Origin: Fimicolochytrium jonesii
Taxonomy: Eukaryota
DNA length: 64,000 nt
Direction: 5' to 3'
Assembly (NCBI RefSeq): GCF_025526975.1
Contig: NW_026515668.1
Coordinates: forward strand, 1,488,001 to 1,552,000
Positions 49,949-63,255 of this stretch are shown here, in pieces. The notes under the pieces were generated by a model. It did no database searches, was not told the DNA's origin, and was given only the letters and a program-made list of their open reading frames with translations. Numbering within the stretch: position 1 is the stretch's first letter; each line of letters begins with the position of its first letter. Made by a program: the position numbers and the translations under genes.

Positions 49949-50539
49949 CGTGGCGGTTCGTAGGGGCGGTTATGCGAGTGTGGTTGATAAAGTTGGCGAT
50001 GTGGGTTCGGGCCCGGTGAAAGAGTCCCGAGATCTACAGTGGGCTGGTGCGTCCACGCTACTCGAATTTCTCTGCCGCTTGTCCGCAGCTTCCCTCACTC
50101 CGAGTATGTTATTACACTGAGCAGGGTTCGTTTGTGTGGCACTTGAGGTCGAGCCGTTGGCTGTGGATGGTCGCAGCGAGGTGGTTGTTGGGCAATGGCG
50201 AAGGAGTGTTTTCTGGCGTTTCCGTGCGGCGGTTATGAACGGCTTCTTATCCAGCTTCTTATCCAACTGAATTGAATTCGAACGGAGAGGCCACGTGACC
50301 TCCTTTTTTTTTGAATTAGTCATCCCGCTGACTCATGCCGAAATGCACCCATCTCTCGCTTGGGGGGAAAGAACATCCCGTTTCCTCGCTCATCAAGCCC
50401 ATCATCGTGCGTTAAAAAGGACCTGTCCTCCCCATCTCATCAGGTATGCGCCCGTAGGCGTCAGCCTTACGCAGCACTGTCTTCTCCTCTTTCTCTTCAC
50501 CTGGCTCACTCTCGTTCTCAATATCGCAGTCAGACCGTC

Positions 50540-51541
50540 ATGACCGACATACCCACTTCCAGCGACCCCCGTTCCCTCGCTTTCGACACACTCGACGTCT
50601 TCACTAGCGCTCCTTTCGCGGGCAACCCACTGGCCGTCGTCCACCTCCGCAGTGCTGAGACGAATCGCTCGTCTCAGCAGCAGAAGCAGATCATCGCCCG
50701 GGAGTTCAACTTGTCCGAAACGGTCTTCATCCATCATGACGAGAGCTCCCTCAGCAATTATGACACGGAGCACCACGGCACTTGGAAGATCGACATCTTC
50801 ATGACGAATCAGGAGCTACCTTTGGCAGGTCATCCCGTCATCGGAAGTGCATGGTGGCTGGCCCACACCTACGCGGATTTGCAAAGCGCTACGTTGCTTT
50901 GCAAAGCTGGACCGGTGCATATCAAGGTCGATCGAAGCGTGACCCCCTTCCGAGTGGCTGCCTCAATGCCACAGGCGCTGCGGATACTGCAAGCCGGTCC
51001 GAATTTGCAGGATATTCTGCAAATGCAACGAGGATTGGTGCCCCATACATCTGCTCTTCAGAATGCCAGGCCGGGCCAAGAGCGCTTCCCCGTGGTACAA
51101 CTAGTGCCAGGGATGACATTTGCTCTGGTCGAACTCCCTTCCGGAGAAGCCCTTGACACCATTGCCCCAACTCCCACTCGAGTCACTGTGCCAAGTGAAG
51201 AGGGTTTCATTGCGATGTATCTATACACCCTCCGTCGCGAGGCCGCAAAACGTTTCACTCTCCACACCCGTATGATCGAGCAGTTTCTAGAAGACCCGGC
51301 CACCGGGTCCGCTGCTTGCACTCTCAGCGGCTACCTAGCACTCCAGGCGGTGGGCGCCGATGCTTCCGCACTGGCAGACGTGGAAACTCCTTGGGAGTTC
51401 AACATTACCCAGGGCGAGAAGATGGGCCGCAAGAGTGACATTCATGTCAAGGTGTGGATCGATGTGGAAGGGACTATCAAGGAGATCCAGTTGGGTGGGT
51501 CTGCCGTTCAGGTCATGAATGGAACGCTGTGGTCTCGCTAG
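50540..51541 (+). CDS. PhzF / diaminopimelate-epimerase-like isomerase
   Basis: DVFTSAPFAGNPLAVV, EFNLSETVF, ELPLAGHP, EDPATGSA and QGEKMGR; intronless. Confidence 0.9.
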   Translation: MTDIPTSSDPRSLAFDTLDVFTSAPFAGNPLAVVHLRSAETNRSSQQQKQIIAREFNLSETVFIHHDESSLSNYDTEHHGTWKIDIFMTNQELPLAGHPVIGSAWWLAHTYADLQSATLLCKAGPVHIKVDRSVTPFRVAASMPQALRILQAGPNLQDILQMQRGLVPHTSALQNARPGQERFPVVQLVPGMTFALVELPSGEALDTIAPTPTRVTVPSEEGFIAMYLYTLRREAAKRFTLHTRMIEQFLEDPATGSAACTLSGYLALQAVGADASALADVETPWEFNITQGEKMGRKSDIHVKVWIDVEGTIKEIQLGGSAVQVMNGTLWSR

Positions 51542-51890
51542 GTAGTAGATAGGGACAAAATGACGTATGGAGGATATTTTCCCCTTGGAGTAGTAGTAGC
51601 AAGCAATCTGTATCTTGCTGTACAGTACATACCATCATAATGGACATAGCTGGGAGCTGAGCGTATCATAGTATACGGTGGGTATGGAACGCGTTACGGA
51701 GGAAACGGAAAACGCGCTCGTCAATCCTGTTAAATTCCAAAACAGCTTGTCATTTTCGGCATCTGGCATTGCTCCCCTTCCTCCGAGTACTAACAAAAAA
51801 GGAGCAGTAATAGATCACGCAAAAGGAAAAAGTCTCATCGCCAACCCGCTGTGAGAGAGAATCCCATTGCACCCATAGACGTTCGCGGCC

Positions 51891-54800
51891 ATGACAAACC
51901 TCACCACCTACCTAGCCGCAAAAGTCGCCCAAACCCGCAACCCCCCGCCCCACTCCAGCACACCCCGCCCACCCACGACGACCCCCATCGCACCCACCCA
52001 CCACTACACAGTCCCCGTCTCATACCCCTCCCGCCCTTCCTCCGTCCTCTCCTTCGCCTCCCTCGCCTCCCAGCATAATCAGTTCGATGCCCATCACCAC
52101 CATGTGGGCCCGCTCGCGACGTCACCGACACCGACGACGAGGACGATGAGGATCGTGTCGCCTGTGTGCGGCCAAGAGGGGGATGAGGATGAGGAGGATG
52201 ATGAAGATGGGTACAGGGAGGGAACGCGTGGGGAGTCGCCTAGGTTCTCACCGCTGCGGGGTGTCTGGGAGGCTCCTGCTGAAACGGGCCAGCGCACGGG
52301 CGGCGGTGGGTTTGGCTTTGATTTTGATTTTGATGTTGGGGGCGGTCTGGGGGGGTGGAATGAGCGGAAGAGTGAAAGTGGGGCTAGAGTGCGAGGGGAG
52401 GGGAGGGAGGACGTAAGGCCGAGTAATGTTCGGGCGGATGCGGACGAGGAGGAGGAGGAATGTGTGGGTGGTGGGGGTGGCGAGGTGAGTGAGTCCCATC
52501 GCTCTTCAACGTTTCATTGCCGATGACCGACAGCAATGCCTCCATTCCACGTTGAATCCAGATCCTGAGAGAAGGCTGGGTATGGACGCAAATGGCCATG
52601 AACTGGAAACGGGTCTACGCCATCGCCACGAGCTCACCAGGCGACGACGGGGGTGGGTTCTTGAACCAGTACGAGTCTGATTCCGTACGTATCGGAGAAA
52701 CAAGTCTGCCCTTCTATTCACCCTCACCCACACACACGGTGCTCACAGCGAGCTCACATTTTAGGCAATGCAACCCCTTCGCACCCTCCCCCTAACCCCC
52801 TCCACCCTCATAACCCCCCACAAACCCCCCACATACACACTCTCCACCAACCGCCACGAGATTCGCATCTCGTCCCCGGACTCGGTGATGGCAACGGATA
52901 CCATGTCGGATCAGGCGGGGTGGGTCGCGGCGTTGAGGAGCATCACGGGCGTGCAGGGCGGGATGACCGTGATGGAGGAGGAAGTGAGGCCCGTGCCGAG
53001 CGCGCCGGGGTTGGAGGAGATCGGGAAGGGAGAGGGTAGCAGTGGTCCGGACGGTGCGGATGCGACTCACCCACCCGGTACAAGCACCACCCCCAACGAA
53101 ACGACCCCCGTCTTCCGCCGCTCACCCATCCTCTCCCTCCCAACCGCCGCCGCCGCCGACCCCACCCACATGCACACCGAACTCGCAGCCATGAAAGACC
53201 TCCTCGTCAAACTCCTCGACGCGCAGATTCGACACGACTCGGACTCGGCTGCGGACGCTGCGGAGCGGTTTGAGCAGCTGAGGGTGCAGGTTGGGAGTGC
53301 TGCTGATGCTATGCGGGAGGTTGCGGAGGTTACCAATCGATTGCGGGGGGAGAACACGGGGGATGGTATGGGAAAAGCTTCACCGACTGCTGCGTCGGTG
53401 GCGGAGATGGAATCGGCGGTTGCGGAGTTGACCGAGTCGATGGAGATGCGGACGAGTAAGATTGGGAAGATGGTGCATGAGTTGCAATTAAGGAGGGATC
53501 CGGTGCCGGTTGTTGAGGCCTTGTTGGAGAAGGTGGATGGCAACATCCCTTCGGCTGCGCTGCAGACTGCTCTTGACTGGCTGATGAAGACCGTTGGGGA
53601 GTTGAAAGACACAACGCAGGCGAGGGGCGATGGCGAAAGCACGGCGGCGCTGGTCAAAACTATGGCAGAGTCCTATGTCGTGAGTCCAGAGCATCCCATC
53701 GACATGGCTGCGCTGAAAACCACGCTGACACGGCTGGCTGAGGAGACGGGCGGTGTAAAGGGCGAGCTGACGGCGCTGCGCGAAGGCGAGCGAAGGGTGG
53801 TGGAGGTGGTTGAGAAAAGCAAGGGATTGCTCGAGGAGCTCGTGCGAGATGGTGGCGGGAACAGGACCGAAGAAATGAAGCAGCTGACGACGTTGGTGAC
53901 GGACATTGCGACGGCTATCGGGTCCTCCGACACCGATTCGTCCTTACGGGATGGGCTAGCCGACCTACGCGCACAGGTCGGAAGCCTGGACAAGACTCAC
54001 GGCGACAAAACCGCCAGCGCCATCGACACCATCGTCGCCGCCGTAACGGGCACGTCCCAGCAGGTGATTGAAACCCAGACCGGAGAGCTCCGGGCGCTCA
54101 CCACCGCCGTTCAGAACCTCGAACGCGACCAAATCGTCAAATCCGACATGGCGCCGCTACACGAAGCGATCACCGCCCTATCCGCCCAGCTCTCCGCCCC
54201 ATCCTCGCCCTCCAAACCATCAGGCTCCCTAACCCAGGGCCTCGACCGCCCCACCGCGTACATGATCACCTCCATGAACGACAAACTCATCCACCTCGCC
54301 CGCCTCGTCGACCACGTGCAGGAGACCCAAAAGGCCCGGTTCACGAACCTCGAAGACGCCCTCCGCCGGTCCGCGCTCCTCCTCGCCAGCCGCACGCCCT
54401 CCCGCTCCTCGCAGCCCGACGACGAGGAGACAGAGACGGACCAGATGCTGCAGCAGCGGAAGTTGACGGATATCCGCAGCTGTCTGGGCGCGATCGAGGA
54501 GAAGGTGGCGCGGATGGGCAGGGAGGGGCAGAGCTCGAAGGATGTGCTGGATGGGCGGTGGGCGCATGTCGGGGAGCAGTTGAAGTACATGCAGAGGACG
54601 TTGGGGAGGTTGGTGCAGGTCGGGATGTTTGGGAATGGGGAGGAGGGCGAGGGTGTGACCAGCGGCGGCGGAGCAGGATCCAAAGATGCTTCTCGCAATA
54701 CTGGGGGGGCCAACGCCCACATACACACGTCTGCCGTTGCCACCGCCACCGCCCCCGACGCGACGCTGACAGCGACACTGACCGAGCACCGCCACCTCCT

Positions 54801-55797
54801 CGCCCGCCTCCACGCCGACATGGCCGAGATCAAAGACACGCTCTCCGACGACGTCACCGGCGACCGGCTGCAGCATCTCGTGGCCATGTTCGGCATCTCG
54901 CAGGACACGCACGGGAAGGTGGCGGGGGACATGGACGTGCTGAAGGCGCAGGTGGCGCGGATCGTTGCTGCCGTCGACTCCGGTTCCACCCCCCCGACGG
55001 GGACGGGTGAAGAAGCGATGGGGCGGATCGAGACGCAGCTCGCGACGCTGGCCGCAAAGATCCCCACCCCGCCCCCGCTGAAAGACACCGGGCCCCGCCT
55101 GCTCGAATCCATCCACTCGTGTCTGGTCAGCTACCTCCCGCTGGACCTGGACGCGCGGCTGACCGCGATCCAGGACAGTCTCGCCAGCGTGTCGCGCACG
55201 CGCACCGTCCACGTCGTCGAACCCGGGCGGGCCGACTCGAACCTCACGATGCTCGCGGACCTCACCCAGCGCGAACGCGCCACGACCGCCGCGCTGGACT
55301 CCATCCAGCACGCGTTGGCGCGGATGCTGGAGTGCATGGACGCGTGCGGGATCACCCGCGGCGGGAGCGTCGCCCGCTCATCGGTGTCCGCGATGGACGT
55401 GACGGAGCTGAGGGAGATCCGTGCCGCGGTGTGCGAGGTGCGCGAGATGGCCAGGCGCGGGTTGGGTGCTTCGCCTGCATGTGCAGGTTCCACCCCGTCG
55501 GCCGCAGCCCTCGAGTCCGAGACAGCGGCCCTGCGCACAGCCCTCTCCACCCTGCAGGACACGCACGCTTCGCTCGCCGACGAAATCGCTCACCTCCTCG
55601 ACCAGCGCCACGCGCTGGCGAGGGATATCGCCGCCATGGAGTCGCGGAAGATCGAGCTGGGTGCTGATGTGAAGGGCGATGGGAGGAATGGGGGGGCGGG
55701 TGTGCGACGGCCGAAGAGTGGGCATGTGATGGTGAATCGGCGGATCTCGTGTCCGCCCGGGATCAGGGTTGGGGCTGCAGCTGGGGCCAGGATTTGA
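51891..55797 (+). CDS. PH-domain plus long coiled-coil protein, multi-exon
   Basis: Exon reading LREGWVWTQMAMNWKRVYAIA and the downstream DQAGWVAALRS form a PH signature; about 900 aa of heptad-rich sequence follows. Confidence 0.65.
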
Positions 55798-56312
55798 TGA
55801 ACCGGTGGAGGGAGGGAGCCATTAGAACATTTTGTTTTGTGAAGGGTGTTTTTTGCATTCAACCAGATTCGGTTTGTTTCCCTAGCTAAGCACATCCTCT
55901 AAAGGTTCCTAAGTTTTCGATCGATAATCCAGGAGTATAATATGCCAGCGTCTCTCGAAGAAGTTGTTCGTCTGTATCCCGGGATCGTCAGTCAACCAGA
56001 TGACTGTCAAGTCCCGTCACTGTCTGCCCAACATCTGGGCATGAAGCATTCTGACAACTTCCGTGGGATGCACCATATTCCGCTTCATTGTCTGTGATGA
56101 ATATCTCCCCCTTGGGGTGTATGCTCAACGAATGTTTTCCGAAATGTACAGTAGCTCTCTTGAAAAAAGGACCACAGACTCGCAGTAATATAATGTGCAT
56201 GACACGTACGACGGCGCCTAATGCTATCCAAAACGCATCTATACTCCTTGTAACAAAAGAGCGCGACTCTACATCTACCCTCCGCCATTCCATCCCCATA
56301 TATACAGCTTTC

Positions 56313-58676
56313 TCAAAGTCTCTCCTCCAACACGCCATCCCCGCGCCTCGCCGCCTCCCTCGTCACCACCCCGACCACAAGTCCCGCGGTCCGTTGCACC
56401 AGCTCGTTATACCAGTCCATCCCGGCCTCCGAGTTGAAAACGTTCATGTGGGCGTCGATCTCGTTGAGGTAGGGGTGGGTCATTGTGCTGAAGAGGTGCG
56501 CGGTGGCTGGGGGTGGGGGGTTGCAGAAGTGGCGGTGGGTGGGCGGGGTGGTGGGTGTCGGTGTCGGTGTCGGTGTCGTTGTTGGGGTATCTTTTGGGGT
56601 GGGTATATTGGGTGGGTTTGATGGGGTGGGTTCGACGGGTGGTGATGTTGAGGGGGTTGGCGGTCTGGCGGTCTGGGGTGCGCCCTCTGCCGGTATTTTG
56701 ACGGAATCAGAAGGGTTGGCAGGCGCCGTCGATGCCACAGGTACGCTCTCTGATTGTCCCGATGCAGTTGGGGCAAACGCTGTAGATGGGTCGGGTGTGC
56801 TTTGCGATGGTTGCTCAACTGTTGCGGAAGCGTAGGGTGTCGGCAACGTTCGCAATTCGTTAATCACGGTGGTCGTTGTTGTCGTTTCCACGACCTGTCC
56901 CTTCTCATCAATGTCCATCATCTGGACAGTCGCGCTGGCGGCCGACGTTTCTGTAGTAGCTGTGGGAGCAACGGGTGGAGGTGCCGGCTTTGGTGGGGTC
57001 GGGTATGGTGGAAGCTATAAGAAGATGAAAGTGTTAGTTCTTGCCCTTTGCTGGTTTCAAACTCACGTAAAAAACCCGACGAGTACACATACCGCCAAAT
57101 ACAACGCCGAAAATGTCAACCTCCTCCTCCCCTCCATCTCATTCCTCAACATCTGCACCCTCTGATGCATATCCCAATGGGTATTAACAAGCGGGTATAA
57201 AAAATGTAAATGGTCTCGTATATGTTCCGCGCTGGACACTGCGAACGAGGTGGCTACGCCCGAGGCGATCATTGTGGCGGGAATGTATGCTATTGCGAGG
57301 GGTGCGACGGCGTAGGCGGTGGCGGCCATGGCGGCGCCGCCTAGGGCGTACCGGGCCCATGGGGGCACGCGGGATGTGAGGGCGTTTAGGGCGACCATGT
57401 TTGCGGAGGTTGGTTGTGGGGGATCTGGGATGGCGTCGGCGGATGCCGGGAGGCCGTCGGGAGAGGTGGTGGGTGTGGTCGTCGCAGCTGGTGTATTTGC
57501 CGAGTCGGCTGCTGGAAGCGAAGTGTGCGTTTGCAAGGGCACCGTCACATCGGTTGCCTCTGTCGCGGCCGCCGCTGCTGTTGCAGCAGCTTCAGACAGA
57601 GTAGCAGCTCCAATAACCCTCTTCGTCGCATTGAACATCCAGGCGGTGGGTACAGGAACCCTCCCAATCGCCGTCGGAATCTCGACATGCCGTGGGGCAT
57701 AAGCAGACACGGTCTCCAACGCGGTGGGCAGGTACACTTTAGCATTCATGATGCCGTCCGTGACCAACGCCACGGCTTTATTCGTTCCCGCCTGTGTGAG
57801 CACGCTAGCATGCAGACCGTAAAACGGCGAGTCGAATGTGATGATACCCCGGATGTTGACGAGAAGCCGCACGTCAGAGTCTGGGGAGTATTTGTCTGTT
57901 CCTTCGAAACCGTCTTCGGTGGCATTTGGTGGTTTGGGGGTTGTCGTGCCTGGTGTTGAAGCGGCCGATGCAGGCGGTGACGAGGCCTTTGCTAATCGCC
58001 AGCTGCCCAGCCATGACGTTACGGCTTGTAGGCCGGGTACGCCTACAGCTGTCCCTGTTGGGATGGTCGCCTGTGATGTGTTGTTCGGTGTCTCTGCAGT
58101 CTTCTCATCGACAGACTTTTCGTTTCCAGCCTTCTCATCGGCCTTCTTTTCGTCTCCTGTGTTCTGCTTCTCATCGACGGGGTTCTCATCCCCAGCCTTT
58201 CCATTGACATCCATCTCCTTCGCAACCCCATCGCCAGCATCCGCCTTCGTTCCGGTCCCATCCACCAGCTCATCACCCTTCCTCAACCTCTCCTCCACCT
58301 TCTCCTTATGCAACGCATACATATACTGATACGCATCGGCGGCCAACAGCCCGCCCATCGAATGCGCCAACAGTATCACACACTTGTATCTCCCGGTGGT
58401 CGCATGGATCAGCAGCCAGTCAATCAACTTCTGCACGGAACGGGCATTATGGCCTCGGGTGTCGTAGCGCGGGAACAGACGGACTTCGACGTCGCCGGGG
58501 TAGAAGAGGTTTGGGTGGGAGGCGTGGAGGAGGGCGGCGAGGTCTGTTGGGAAGGAGAAGAAGGATTCTTCTGAGCCGAGGAAGCCGTGGATGAAGACGA
58601 GGAGGTATTTGCGGCGCTGGGAGGGGGGGAGTGCGGGGAGGGGAGGGGAGTCGCTGGCGGAGGGAGTTTGCGACAT
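56313..58676 (-). CDS. Alpha/beta-hydrolase (DUF676 lipase-like), two exons
   Basis: VFIHGFLGS, nucleophile elbow LAHSMGG, TFDSPFYG and C-terminal NEIDAHMNVF. Confidence 0.82.
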
Positions 58677-59423
58677 TGTTGGGTGTGCCGGGGTGAGAGT
58701 GCGTGAGACGCCCTTTTCTGTGTGGAGTTGGAGGCCGCTGAGCAAGAACACAAGCCGTGTTGTGAGGGTTCAGTCACTTCAGGAGGGAGCGTTCTCAGCA
58801 GCAGTCGATCGTCTGCGCATGCCTTCAAGGATATTATCGCACTGAGGTGCGTGCGGACGGGAGCGTGATGATGATGAGAACGACGAGCGGACGGGAGCGC
58901 GTCGCTTCTTTCACATGTCACTCCCTCCCTCACTCACTCACTCACTCACCCAGTCCTCAATGTGGCTTGCTTGTGGCTTGCTTGTGGCTGGCTACTTCTC
59001 ACGCCGCGGGTGTCACTCCATCGACACCTCCCTAATGGACTCAAACCGCCGCTTGCTGTCAGTCAGTCGTGTTCCTGTGCAATCGCCTCCCCCCCCTTCT
59101 CCCTCACAATCAATACATCGGAAATCATGTGCCCTCTCGACTCCCCCCCCCCCCCCCAGCCGTTCCATTCCAGGGCTATCCCGCCGATCTCGGATATGCA
59201 AATGATGATTCCTGGTGGTCGATAATATTTCCACACCAGTTGCACAAATGCCACCCAGCCGTCAATGGGGGGGATTCTAGAGGAGGGAGGGGCTTGGGGG
59301 AACGGTTCTTGGCTTTGCAATATGCCTGCATGTGACCCACGCCCCCCCACCCACTCCACCCTTCCTTCCATACAGTACGCAGGACGACCACTTGGCGTGT
59401 GGAGATCCCCCGTGTGCGGGCCA

Positions 59424-59430
59424 TATAAAA
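59424..59430 (+). promoter_or_regulatory. Putative TATA box
   Basis: TATAAAA about 125 bp upstream of the ATG at 59555. Confidence 0.4.
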
Positions 59431-59554
59431 GCAACGGGCACGCCTGCACGCGTATCGAACTGCATAAGAAAGACGAACGAAAGCCCTTCTTCCACCCAGA
59501 ACCACACGCCGCCGCATCACACATAAGCAAACAAAAAGCAGAGCGACAGCAAAG

Positions 59555-60038
59555 ATGAGGTATGTTTCCATCCGTCGAAGAACGCCGCCCAAATACTCGA
59601 AAAGCGAGAACCTAACCCCCTCACGCCGTCTCTTCACTTCCCCACCTGTAAAGAATCGGCCAACACCTCCGCATGAACCCCCCGCTCGTCCTCCTCGCCG
59701 CCGCCGTCAGCTTCGGCCTCGGCGGCGGCCTGTTCATCGCTTCGGTAACGCCTCCCATTGCTCCCATATCTATCCTTTCGGCCGTACTCACCAGCTTGCG
59801 ATTATACGAACCCCCCTTTTTTTAACAGCATATCTTGAAAAACGACCCGACGGTCATGGTCGCGCGCAAGAAGGAGAACCCGTACCCGTGGCTGAACGTG
59901 TCGCCGGACAAGAATCTGAAGCTGTATGCTGTTAACCGGAAGGTACGCGGTACAACGGAAGGGGGTCGGGTCTGTTCACGCACGACGTTGATCTTCATTC
60001 TTTCTTCTGCCCAACCCATGCAGTTCACGCCCGAATGA
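59555..60038 (+). CDS. NDUFA4/MLRQ-like small mitochondrial subunit, four exons
   Basis: Spliced: MRIGQHLRMNPPLVLLAAAVSFGLGGGLFIASHILKNDPTVMVARKKENPYPWLNVSPDKNLKLYAVNRKFTPE. Confidence 0.8.
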
Positions 60039-60572
60039 GGGAACACGATGGTACGGCAGGCAGCTGATGGGTCTAGCTGAGGGGTTCACTCGAATCTTTT
60101 TGTAAATACAGTATCCGGCCTCTGTTTCTTTTTTGTATGCTGGGAATACAAATCTGTACAAAACAACACATTTGGCGGGGAGCAACCACTGGATGGAGTG
60201 GTGGAGAAGAGTGAGACGCCGTCCGCGGGCATACGAGGGGAGAAGTTTATACCCGGTCGGCATTCCCATGTTGGCCAGGCAAGTTCCTTACAGAGATATG
60301 TTGCGTGGTATTTGTGTACAAACATGAAACAGGAAAACGTCCAACTATATACTGGAGGGAGGAGTGAATTGATATGGGGGAGGGGGGTGGCTGCCGTTCT
60401 GATTTGGACCCCGGGGGGGGGCCTGACCAGAAGGGCTCCGAAAACGCACGACGGTCCGAGAAACAGTACAGGGGCCAAAACCTAACAACTACAAGTAAAA
60501 AAATTAACTACATGGGGGTGGCAGATATACAAAAGAGGATGCAGTCCCGTAATGTCTTGTTGGTTGGTTGGT

Positions 60573-61381
60573 TTACAACGCAACGGCAAGGAGAGCGATG
60601 ACAGCAGCGGAGGCCGTCAGCGCGGCGGCGACAGGTGCTGCCCCTGTGCGGTCTCCCGCCGAGGTCGCTCCCGCCGCAGGCTGCGTAGCCGTAGCCGTAG
60701 CCGTCGCGGAGGCGGAGGAGGAGGAGGCACTGGTCGCCGCGGCCGAAACCGTCGCGGCCGGCACATCCGTCGGCACCACCCCACCCATGGTCGTCACGGA
60801 CCCGGTGACACCGTCCGTCGGCACCGGCGCTCCCGCCCCGCCCACCACCGCCCACGCCGTCCGCGAGGTGTGGAAGTACTGGTACGCCTGCGGGTTGACA
60901 CTCGCGCGCGCGGCGCCGTGGATCGCCCACACGTATTTCGTCTGCGCGTCGGAGGTCAGCGACGCCGGGACCGTCCAGTTGTACCCCTGGCGGGTCATGG
61001 AGCCGGTGTTGGGCACGCGGCTCAGGGGGCCGATGTCGTGGAGGAGGGAGGAGGCCGGGAAGCTTGCGGCGAGCGGGCCGGTGGGCGGGTTGGTGAGGTC
61101 GATTGTTTCGTTGCCGAGGGTGGTGGAGGCGGGGGCGTAGGCGAGGGTGAGCGGGAAGTTGGGGACGGGGTCGACGATGCCAAAGTCGACCCAGATGAGG
61201 TAGGTTTTGCCGACGGTGTATTCGGGCTCGGTGCTGAACGCCGGTGCGGCGGAGACTGGGGAAAGACGAGTGAGCAACTGAGGTGCGACATTGACATCCG
61301 GGGGCGCTGAACGCTGGATTTTAACTTACCAGCAGAGACGAGAGCCGCTACAGCGACAAGGAGGGCGTTCAACGACTTCAT
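60573..61381 (-). CDS. Secreted Ser/Thr/Ala-rich, probably GPI-anchored cell-surface protein
   Basis: Signal peptide MKSLNALLVAVAALVSA, one intron, a small beta-rich domain (..GYNWTVPASL..), a T/A-rich stalk and a hydrophobic C-terminus. Confidence 0.78.
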
Positions 61382-63255
61382 ATTTGAGCTTGGGTGGTGC
61401 AGGAGTTCACTTTGATATATGGGTTTCAAGATCTCGCGGGGTACGACTGCGAGTGCAAAACCAAAGTTGTTTCACGGAGGTCCGTCGCAGTGAAGGTAGA
61501 GGGGGGTATATATGCGGTTCGGCCGAGCACCCTGAGACTTTTCGCTGAGTGGTTGTGCCAAGCCTTTGTGAGCAGAAGTGGATGTTGCACGGCCGTCGAG
61601 TGCGCGTAGTTGGAGTAGTTGGAGGGAGGCGGTGCGTGGGGAGCGATCAAGGCGATCACGCCCAATCCGCAGCCAGTGAGTGCCAGACGCGCAGTGCATC
61701 GCGACACCCAAATCCACCGCAGGATCAACGCACTCAAGACTCATGGACATGAGGGGCGGGCATTCGCTTGGGGACCTTCTTCACATTCCAACATGGATCA
61801 GAGAGGGAGAGGGGTGGATGGGGACAGTCCTTGAAGTGAGCATATCAGATGCCAGCCAGGCCTGGGACCCCCGCGGCCAATATTCATGCCGTGATCGGAC
61901 GGACGCCCCCCGGCTGCCGTGCTCCCCAAGTGATATATTCGCCACATGCCTGTGAGATTGTGGATCAAATCACATATCCACTTCCAGTACAGTATACTAT
62001 TTATGATTTCAATGTTCTGTATGGTACTGTACAGTACCTACTACCTACTACAGTATGTATTGTATTTTGCATATCGGATTCGAAGGCGTCGCGCTCTGGC
62101 CACCTTGAAAAGCCTCGAAGGAAGCAGAACGGGAACTCTGCGCGGTGGGCGGAGTCCTCCGCTACCCGTTATCCCACCGCGCCCGATGTGGATCCAGGTT
62201 TTGAAACGTCATGAACGCACACAAGGTTTGGACGTGGAGATCATACGTCTATATGAGCGAGGGGAACGTTTATGGCTGGAAGGGCGGGGACCCCGCAACG
62301 TTTTGTGGCGCAGATTCGAAACGGTCTTTGGGGCTCGTTTTTCCCGAGGTGGGAGAGCGATTCGTTTTTGCATGATGTCCAGGCATATGGGCGACGCGCA
62401 TAGAGGTATCAAGGAAGCGCGGCCTACTCCCACATCCGGTTGTCTATTGAGTGTCTCCCATGTGTTTACGCTGAAGGAAACATCAACACGGTATTCCGAG
62501 CAAATAGCAAGAGCGGAACACGCCGAGAGCCACCCATCGATGTACTGTACGACATGCATACTGGATATGCCGCGCACTATGTGTGTACAGTAGACACCGG
62601 CGGAGCTCGCAACGATGTGCTGCCGGATTCAAGCAACCGAGCGGGATTGACGTTGAGATGCAGTGGATCTAAGCATCCCCCGCTTCATCATCGCTGCTGT
62701 AGCATATCAGATAGGCTACTGAGATACAGTCGTGGAAGTGCGCCTGCTCGTCGTCCGTGGCCGCCACCTCGAAGCACACGATGGTCCACATGTCGGGGGC
62801 GCTGGCGATTTCCGTCAAAAGCTCCACAATCAGAGAGCATTTACATAGATGGTTTTTAAGCAAAGATGGAGGAATATTGAACAGTGGGATGTCAAAAGGA
62901 AGAGACCACAAAGCATTCGCACGGAATGAAAGATAGCAAAAAAATTCGGTCCCCATTACATTACACATTAAACCGTAAGAAAACAAGACATAGGCAGGAG
63001 GTTTGTTCAAACGAGCACTGCTCCACCAACAAACATTCCCCCCCCCCCCCCCGCCCCCCCCACCCCTCCAAGACCAAAGTGAATATGGTAATGATGAAGA
63101 AGAAAGGGGAGTGATTAAGAGCAGGGGGAAAGCATTACAGGCCCACCCAAAACCCCTCCAACAAAGAACATGAGAGGGGAGACCAAAGACGACCCACCCC
63201 GTCTCCCGACCCCCCAACCCACCCCCCACTCATCATCCCCCACACCCATCCCTCC

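Noticed and set aside
50540..51541. Intronless PhzF as recent horizontal transfer or a phenazine cluster
   Set aside because: PhzF-like genes are widespread in fungi, no other phz genes are nearby, and other native genes here are also intronless.
52792..55725. Long antisense and alternate-frame ORFs over GC-rich genes (also at 35560-37640 and 46567-47283)
   Set aside because: Shadow ORFs caused by high GC3 and low-complexity coding on the real strand.
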